From Macrostomum lignano (taxonomy: Eukaryota): a stretch of DNA of 64,000 nt. A program made the position numbers and the translations under genes. The stretch is taken from positions 1 through 64,000 of the forward strand of contig NIVC01000445.1 of assembly GCA_002269645.1 (NCBI GenBank), written 5' to 3'. The notes below the pieces were generated by a model. It made no database searches and was not told the DNA's origin. It was given only the letters and a program-made list of their open reading frames with translations. This document shows, in pieces, positions 55,096-64,000 of the stretch. Positions within the stretch are counted from its first letter, which is position 1. Each line of letters starts with the position of its first letter.

Positions 55096-56434
55096 AGCGA
55101 GAGAATCAATCAATCAACTATTTGAGAGTAAATCCTCGACCAAATTCTATTGAGAATTATCAAAAAATTGTTTTTTAACTCTGATAGACTCTGTGGTAAG
55201 AGCAGATAAAGTACAAACTAATAATTGTCACCCTTGACAACCATTTTTGCTAGTGCCAGTATTTTGGAAAGTGAGAGAATTACTAATTTTAACCTAGCCA
55301 GCCACGGTGTCACAAGCCACGTGAAACTGCATTGGCATGACGCATCTCCAGCGCTAAATTTATCATTTCAAAAGATTTCCTCATTGATTTGCAATAGAAT
55401 AGATAATTTCGTTTGTCTAAATATAATAATTTTCTAAACTGACTACTCACTACTTAGCTTAGTTTTACTAACCAATCTGAGTAGCTAGCATCGAGTTGGC
55501 ATGGTCAAATATTCAAGTTTCATAGCACTTGGGCACAACAATAATAAGAGCAGAGCTGCTAATAATGGAAACAAGCCCGTCAGTTTTATAGTTTACAAGT
55601 TGAATAAAAAATGTTCCAATAAAAAAAAATTGGCTGCGTTTTAACTAAAAATATTGCGTCAAGGTGCACCGCCACTATAATATAGTAGTTTTTCTGTTTA
55701 CCTGACGAAATGTCTCAAGTCTATGCATCTCTCTCACGTGATCGCTTTTTGCAATGCGTATCGCGTCTTTGTTGAATTAATACTATCATGTCCCAACTAT
55801 TCTACTTGTATTAGTAGGTTAGCTGCGAATATTATCGCATAATTTGTATTTTCCATCTAAATTTATCGGAGTAATGGGAGCTATATACCTAGCCGCAATT
55901 GTTGTTTCTAGTTCTTTCTTTGACAGACAATATTATTTTGATGAATTAAGATTTTTCCTTATTAACTTATCTATAAATATATCGCTTAATAGTTCCTACA
56001 AGTACAAGTTTAATAAAGGCAATATCCATTCTTTGTGATTCAAACCTGTCTATCCGACTTCATTTTCTCAACCTGTTGTAGACCATTTTTGAGTTAAATA
56101 ATGCCCCGCTGCACTGAAGCTCTGTCTGTAATTTGCTGCACGTGTGACTATGAAAAGCCTATTGTTTCTCCCCTGTATACTGTCAGTAATATGTCGCCTG
56201 TATAAACCGCCTAACCTTTCTGTATGAAGGCCTGTATGCTTTAAAGACGGTAATAAGAAAAAAACAAAAAATGTTATTTAAAAATTATTGAGTTAATGAT
56301 ATTTCCTTCTTGTATTGATACTGTATCATTTATTGTGCTCGCTGCCTCTTGCATTGTTACCCTTTTTTGTTACCACCTGCACTTGTCAAAATCTGTTATC
56401 AGCCACTGCATAGGGAGCCCTATAGACTGCTTTG

Positions 56435-57490
56435 ACCACTGAAGCTTCAGTGACTCAGCTACCATCTGCTCCCCTCAGACCCCTGAAGCTTCAGTGACTC
56501 AGCTACCATCTGCTCTCTCAGACCCCGGAAGCTTCAGTGACTCAGCTACCATCTGCTCCCCTCAGACCTACTGAAGCTTCAGTGATTCAGCTACCATCTG
56601 CTCCCCTCAGACCTACTGAAGCTTCAGTGATTCAGCTACCATCTGCTCCCCTCAGACCTACTGAAGCTTCAGTGACTCAGCTACCATCTGCTCCCGTCAG
56701 ACCTACTGAAGCTTCAGTGACTCAGCTACCATCTGCTCCCCTCAGACCCCTGAAGCTTCAGTGACTCAGCTACCATCTGCTCCCCTCAGACCTACTGAAG
56801 CTTCAGTGATTCAGCTACCATCTGCTCCCCTCAGACCTACTGAAGCTTCAGTGATTCAGCTACCATCTGCTCCCCTCAGACCCCTGAAGCTTCAGTGACT
56901 CAGCTACCATCTGCTCCCCTCAGACCTACTGAAGCTTCAGTGACTCAGCTACCATCTGCTCCCCTCAGACCCCTGAAGCTTCAGTGACTCAGCTACCATC
57001 TGCTCCCCTCAGACCCCTGAAGCTTCAGTGACTCAGCTACCATCTGCTCCCCTCAGACCCCTGAAGCTTCAGTGACTCAGCTACCATCTGCTCCCCTCAG
57101 ACCCCTGAAGCTTCAGTGACTCAGCTACCATCTGCTCCCCTCAGACCTACTTAGACCTACTCAGTGATTCAGCTACCATCTGCTCCCCTCAGACCCCTGA
57201 AGCTTCAGTGACTCAGCTACCATCTGCTCCCCTCAGACCTACTGCAGCTTCAGTGACTCAGCTACCATCTGCTCCCCTCAGACCTACTGAAGCTTCAGTA
57301 ACTCAGCTACCATCTGCTCTCTCAGACCCCGGAAGCTTCAGTGACTCAGCTACCATCTGCTCTCTCAGACTTCGGAAGCTTCAGTGACTCAGCTACCATC
57401 TGCTCCCCTCAGACCCCGGAAGCTTCAGTGACTCAGCTACCATCTGCTCCCCTCAGACCTACTTAGACCTACTCAGTGACTCAGCTGAGC
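56435..57490. repeat. 44-45-bp minisatellite (~23 copies)
   Basis: GAAGCTTCAGTGACTCAGCTACCATCTGCTCCCCTCAGACCTACT/CCCCT. Confidence 0.98.
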
Positions 57491-58374
57491 AGTCTGAGCA
57501 GTTCAAAGCGGCTTATGTCGCTACTGTATTTGTGTAAAGTGTACATAGCATATATATATTTGGCCTTCGCAAGCAAGGCAACATGTCTTTCTACATTGTC
57601 TCCCGACCCATAATTTTATTTTGTACAATTATTATTTTTTCATATCCGCGCTCTGTGTGTACCAGACATCTGCTGTTTGTTCAGGTTTTCTTGCTTCAAC
57701 TTGTTTTTATCGCCCGATTAATTGTTACAGTTTAGCTCGAACATTTATAATATAAAGTTGTCTCTGATGAAGCTCATCTATTTTCTTCTACAGTTTTTGG
57801 GGGCTCTTGTGGCTTGATTCGTTATTTCTGCTGCGGCTTTGACTGGTTTGAATTTCATTGCTAAGCTTGACTTGTCTCTCCTTTGCTCTGTCTGTCTGTC
57901 TCTCCCTACTGTCTACTGTCAGCAGTGCATGTCAGTAGTGTGTGTCATAAGTATGCTATTGTTCTGTTTTAATTTTTATCTGGAAATCGGTTTGCTATTT
58001 CTGAATACAATACAAGTTTTCTCTAACAATAATTTATTCATAAATATACTCTCTCTTGACAAAATGTGTTTCCAGAGATGGAACGCAAACCATACTACTT
58101 ATTACTACAATTTCAAAAGTTGCATCAGTAGTATATTATCAATATATTGTTAGTTTCTTTATTCAGCTCTTTCAGGTCTTTGTTTCTATCTCCTACTTCA
58201 AGTAGGTTGTAATGCCAATATTGCGGATAATACGAATCAAATGAAATTCCATTTATATGAAACTGCTGAATCTGGAATATGTACACCGATTATTCTACTA
58301 TACCTACATATGCTAAATCCTGGCAATCGGTCAAAGCTTTTATTAAATAGTTTGCTTCAAGGGGCTCAAGAACA

Positions 58375-58585
58375 AATCTAACCTGAGAGTCGGTTCTGTT
58401 CTCAGAATCTCACCTGAGACTGTCGTTCTATTCTCAGAATTTCACCTGATACTGTCGGTTCTGTTCTCAGAATCTCATCTGAGACTGTCGGTTCTATTTT
58501 CAGAATCTCACCTGAGACTGTCGTTTCTATTCTCAGAATCTCACCTGAGACTGTCGGTTCTATTCTTAGAATCTCACCTGAGACT
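58375..58585. repeat. 33-bp minisatellite (~6 copies)
   Basis: CTCAGAATCTCACCTGAGACTGTCGGTTCTATT. Confidence 0.95.
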
Positions 58586-59324
58586 GTTGTTTCAGCCTTC
58601 AATTCTTCACTTCAGACTACTGGTATCTGTCATTAAATGAGTCATATACAAGAATCTCATGCTTAGAATGTCAGCCTCAGTTCGCCACAATCAGCTCAAT
58701 GCAGCTCACAGCAACAAATGGGTGCCGGGCTGCGGAGGCATGATCAAAGAGCACAACTACGAGTTAGATCAAACGGGCCTGGAGATTTTACCAGACGATA
58801 TTGCATCTCTTTATCGCTGGCTATCAGATTTCATCGGAGTCTTTTAGAAAAAATAACAATAAAAGCCGCAGGGCTGGCTTGTTGCCGAGGCCCCAGCTAC
58901 CCCCGCCAGCCTCTGCTGCTCGGAGCTCTTCTTCTTTTGCGGGAGGGGGAGACTTTCGGGAAGAAATTATCTACTAGGCGCCATCGCAGACGCGAAGCAA
59001 CAAGGGTATTAATGAGCCGGCGGAGGAGTAAAGCTAAATAAAACTGTCTTACCTGTCAAACCGCTATGAGCTGGGGTTCATCATTGAGCAGTATTACGGA
59101 TGCAATGAGATAGCTATCAATGTATACGGGGGGAGCTTAAGACCAGGGTGGATACCAGCTGTCAAGGTTGGATTGCAAGTTTATGCCTAAACATTTACCT
59201 GGATTTTGTTAGTTATCTGCTCTTTTTATATCATTTGTACGGCAGTTCTCTGATTCCCCAGCTAGCTAGTTTAGGGGGTCCCGAAAGTTCACTGCTTCAC
59301 CTTCCCTAATGAAATCCGGATTCG

Positions 59325-60835
59325 TTTCATATCCCCAAACTTCATATCCCCAGACTTCATATCCCCAGATTTCATATCCCCAGACTTCATATCCCCAGAC
59401 TTCATATCCCCAGATTTCATATCCCCAGATTTCATATCCCCAGACTTCATATCCCCAGACTTCATATCCCCAGATTACATATCCCCAGATTTCATATCCC
59501 CAGACTTCATATCCCCAGACTTCATATCCCCAAACTTCATATCCCCAAACTTCATATCCCCAAACTTCATATCCCCAGACTTCATATCCCCAGACTTCAT
59601 ATCCCCAGACTTCATATCCCCAGACTTCATATCCCCAGACTTCATATCCCCAGACTTCATATCCCCAGACTTCATATCCCCAGACTTCATATCCCCAGAC
59701 TTCATATCCCCAGACTTCATATCCCCAGACTTCATATCCCCAGACTTCATATCCCCAGACTTCATATCCCCAGACTTCATATCCCCAGACTTTATATCCC
59801 CATACTTCATATCCCCAGATTTCATATCCCCCAGACTTCATATCCCCAGATTTCACATCCCCAGACTTCATTTTTCAAACTTCATATCCCCCAAACTTCA
59901 TATCCCCAAACTTCATATCCCCAGACTTCATATCCCCAGACTTCATATCCCCAGACTTCATATCCCCAGACTTCATATCCCCAGACTTCATATCCCCAGA
60001 CTTTATATCCCCATACTTCATATCCCCAGATTTCATATCCCCCAGACTTCATATCCCCAGATTTCACATCCCCAGACTTCATTTTTCAAACTTCATATCC
60101 CCCAGACTTCATATCCCCAAACTTCATATCCCCAGACTTCATATCCCCAGACTTCATATCCCCAGACTTCATATCCCCAGACTTCATATCCCCAGACTTC
60201 ATATCCCCAGACTTTATATCCCCATACTTCATATCCCCAGATTTCATATCCCCCAGACTTCATATCCCCAGATTTCACATCCCCAGACTTCATTTTTCAA
60301 ACTTCATATCCCCCAGACTTCATATCCCCAAACTTCATATCCCCAGACTTCATATCCCCAGACTTCATATCCCCAGACTTCATATCCCCAGACTTCATAT
60401 CCCCAGACTTCATATCCCCAGACTTTATATCCCCATACTTCATATCCCCAGATTTCATATCCCCCAGACTTCATATCCCCAGATTTCACATCCCCAGACT
60501 TCATTTTTCAAACTTCATATCCCCAGACTTCATATCCCCAGACTTCATATCCCCAGACTTCATATCCCCAGACTTCATATCCCCAGACTTCATATCCCCA
60601 GACTTCATATCCCCAGACTTCATATCCCCAGACTTCATATCCCCAGACTTTATATCCCCATACTTCATATCCCCCAGACTTCATATCCCCAGACTTCATA
60701 TCCCCCAGACTTCATATCCCCCAGACTTCAAATCCCAAGACTTCATATCCCCAGACTTCATATCCCCCAGACTTCATATCCCCCAGACTTCAAATCCCCA
60801 GATTTCATATCCCCAGACTTTATATCCCCAGACAT
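59325..60835. repeat. 15-bp minisatellite with a 211-bp higher-order repeat
   Basis: ACTTCATATCCCCAG units; identical marker blocks at a 211-bp period (identical ORFs start at 59882, 60093 and 60304). Confidence 0.98.
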
Positions 60836-61149
60836 CGTATCTCCAAACAATCAAAACCCCAGGCTTTGTATCCGCAACTTCCCATACCTTTCTAAATATT
60901 CCTAAGAGATATGTACACAGCACTACTAAAAGTAGAATTATATATTGGAAATTTTATTCAGGGATTTAAAATCGCTTTAAAAAACGAATTACACTTCGAA
61001 GTGTCGGAAATGCGTCTTTTCTATTGAATTCGTATCGACTTCTCAATAGGTATGTGAATGGTTACAGAATAAATTGTTTTGTGTGTTTTATTTGTCAAAA
61101 ATTAACGAATAATGACTTTTAGTATCATTTTTTGTTTTATAGAAGGTCG

Positions 61150-61997
61150 TTTCTAGTTTGGAATGTTTCTAGTTTGAAATGTTTCGAGTTTAGGATTTTT
61201 CGAGTTTGGGATGTTTCGAGTTTGGGATGTTTCGAGTTTGGGATGTTTCGAGTTTAGGATTTTTCGAGTTTGGGATCTTTCGAGTTTGGGATGTTTCGAG
61301 TTTGGCTAGGATGTTTCGAAATTATGATGTTTCGAGTTTGGTATGTTTCGAGTTTGAAATGTTTCGAGTTTAGGATTTTTCGAATTTGGGATGTTTCGAA
61401 TTTGGGATGTTTCGAGTTTGGGATGTTTCGAGTTTGGTATGTTTCGAGTTTGGGATCTTTCGAGTTTGGGATCTTTCGAGTTTGGGATGTTTCGAGTTTC
61501 GGATGTTTTGAGTTTGGCTAGGATGTTTCGAATTTGGGATGTTTCGAATTTGGGATGTTTCGAATTTGGGATGTTTCGAATTTGGGATGTTTCGAATTTG
61601 GGATGTTTCGAGTTTGGGATGTTTCGAGTTTGGTATGTTTCGAGTTTGGGATCTTTCGAGTTTGGGATGTTTCGAGTTTGGGATGTTTCGAGTTTGGGAT
61701 GTTTCGAGTTTGGCTAGGATGTTTCGAATTTGGGATGTTTCGAGTTTGGCTAGGATGTTTCGAGTTTGGGATGTTTCGAGTTTGGCTAGGATGTTTCGAG
61801 TTTAGCTAGGATGTTTCGAGTTTGGCTAGGATGTTTCGAGTTTAGCTGGGATGTTTCGAGTTTGGCTGGGATGTTTCGAGTTTGGCTAGGATGTTTCGAG
61901 TTTGGCTAGGATGTTTCGAGTTTAGCTGGGATGTTTCGAGTTTGGCTGGGATGTTTCGAGTTTGGCTAGGGTGTTTCGAGTTTGGCTGGGATGTTTT
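61150..61997. repeat. 16/20-bp minisatellite
   Basis: TTTGGGATGTTTCGAG grading into TTTGGCTAGGATGTTTCGAG. Confidence 0.97.
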
Positions 61998-62959
61998 AAG
62001 TAAAGAATTGTCTTCGAGCAGTTTTAGAATCGAACGGCTTCTCAAGTCTTAGTTTGAGCTTTCTGAAGCTTCTAGCTTGAGAATCGCTGAGCCGCTCTTC
62101 GTGACTTTGGTAGAATTTTTCTCAGCGCAGAATCTCCACAGAGCGAGAGAGAGAAAAAGCCTCGTAGCGGATTTAAGAAAAACAATGACCAATTTTTTCG
62201 AAGGGCCGGAGTCGAAGGGCGAGCGCGGTCTCCCCGGATACTGACTCTCTCAGTCAGCCATGTGCATAAGGCTGGGGAGGCAGCGGCCTAATTTCGATAA
62301 GCCTACGGGCTGGCTGTGTTTGGAGTGAAAACAGCTCAAAAATCAGAGTTCGACACACTCAAAGGCAATATTGAGTCTTTGTTAATGGACTCCCTTACCT
62401 CCCCACTGCGCCGCCACTCTTCTTATGGCTTCTCAGTCTTCTTTCGCAAAACTGGTCTTCCTGTCCGCTTATTCCACATCTTTTAGCCAGCTCGAGGCTT
62501 CTTAAGGAATCTTTGTGTTGTGAGGAAGTTCATCATGAATTCTTTATGGATGAGGGATGGGGGGTATCTGACCCCATGGCAACTAAGAAATCTAAGGTGT
62601 ATCGAAGTCGCAGAGCCACCTCAAACCTGTCTAGATCTCAAGACGCTGGTCCGCAAGAATTTTTTTGGCTTTTTTATTATCCCCCGAATCAAACTGCTCA
62701 GCTGGTTGCCGAGGTCCTCTCGAGATATCCCCCCCCCAAGTCCTCAGTCCGCGTCTCTCCTGCATATTTTTCTTATATTTTTGGGATTATTTTTCTATCT
62801 TGAATAAAAAGTAGGTTAACCACATTTTTTATAATTTGAGGTCGAGTGGCCCGACTTGAAATTGTGCACTGACTTTTTCGGGAATCTCTTCATTTGTGCA
62901 CGTATTGAAGCGCGTTGCCATGGGATCCTTTGTTAGAATTGAGTCCGCATTGTTTATAG

Positions 62960-63240
62960 AGATGTCTAGTTTGGGATGCTTACAGTTTGGGATGTTCACA
63001 GTTTGGGATGTTCACAGTTTTGGATGTTCACAGTTTGGGATGTTCACAGTTTTGGATGTTCACAGTTTGGGATGTTCACAGTTTGGGATGTTCACAGTTT
63101 GGGATGTTCACAGTTTGGGATGTTCACAGTTTGTGATGTTCACAGTTTGTGATGTTCACAGTTTGGGATGCTTCCAGTTTGGGATGTTCAGTGTTTGTGA
63201 TTTCACAGTTTGGGATGTTCACAGTTTGGGTGTTACCAGT
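62960..63240. repeat. 16-bp minisatellite related to the 61150 array
   Basis: TTTGGGATGTTCACAG units. Confidence 0.95.
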
Positions 63241-64000
63241 TTCCAGACTCGATGCATGAACATTCGAGACAGAATTCCTAGTTGAGTTTCCTAAAACTGG
63301 CTACTAAGGAAATAATTCTACAATACATCTTGGTAACAAGGATCTGGTACTGCAGGAAGGTAACAAGCGATGAGAAGCCCACACGCAACAGGTTTAAGAA
63401 TTGTCGTGGACTCCCAAACAATTTTGATAATTAGTGTATCAAATATCTGCCTAGCAATATACAGAGGACAGCTTAAGAAACTTCTTATTTCTTCTTTAGG
63501 GAAGGAACTCAACTTATAATAGATACCTAGGTGGGAACAAGACAGTCTGAGTGCGCGAAGGCCTCATTGCTCATCACGGAATTCTATTCTAGCTATTTCT
63601 AATAATAAGTTTTAAACTGGAGTAGCCAAGGTGTGAGGCGAACACACAATGATAAAAAACACTGCGCTGCACGATGAAGCCATGCGATGGAAGTCAATCG
63701 GGGAAGAGAAGGGGTTGGGGGGTGGGGTTACCGGGTTCCGCTTGTTGAATTCAATTGTAGACAGGCTTCCCTTCCCCACCGAGGACTCATCATCCTTAAG
63801 GTTTTTATTGTTCCCCTGTCTTTAGTCGCCAACCGGCCTTGTAAAAAAATTCTCAAGAAAAATGAATAAAAATCACACGAGAGGGGGTACAGGTGTCAGT
63901 CAGTCTTGCTTTGCTTCTTTCAAAGGCGAAACTGCGGTTGGTTGCCACCCGGGGTTCCGGGTAATAAATTCTTGCTATTGTCACCTTTATAATCTGGTTG

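Noticed and set aside
56238-56252. TAAAGACGGT as a piece of a flatworm spliced-leader gene
   Set aside because: A match of about 10 nt is expected by chance, and there is no donor or Sm-site context.
59053-59200. Minus-strand exon-like segment bounded by CAG and GTAAG
   Set aside because: There are stops in all three frames and no linked exons; it may be non-coding or chance.

Overview
Eukaryotic (metazoan invertebrate) genomic DNA. The GC-rich exons, short GT-AG introns and very dense minisatellites resemble a Macrostomum-type flatworm genome (inference only). I can reconstruct five protein-coding genes by hand: an intronless FMRFamide/peptide-receptor-like class A GPCR (+, 2511-3653); a 5-exon N-myristoylated NCS/recoverin-like EF-hand protein with four degenerate loops (+, 10778-14160, 210 aa); a 4-exon FoxF (+, 19148-27043, 452 aa); an 8-exon VCP/p97 (-, 28820-36571, 792 aa); and a 12-exon RB1CC1/FIP200/Atg11 (+, 39464-54382, 1399 aa). 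VCP and FIP200 are head-to-head. About 25 tandem arrays fill introns and intergenic space and explain most long ORFs in the supplied track. Mobile DNA includes dead piggyBac, mariner and RTE-type fragments, two tRNA-derived SINE families, a Mutator-like MITE with a 9-bp TSD, and three foldback/hairpin elements. The most unusual signal is a CpG-retaining divergent promoter (~36.5-37.6 kb) flanked on both sides by 2.3-3 kb CpG-depleted, array-free domains. An old mariner inside one domain shows CpG-type decay, while a young MITE in the other keeps its CpGs, which suggests germline methylation confined to the 5' part of the gene bodies. There are no CRISPR, rRNA or real tRNA genes. All counts are by eye and approximate.
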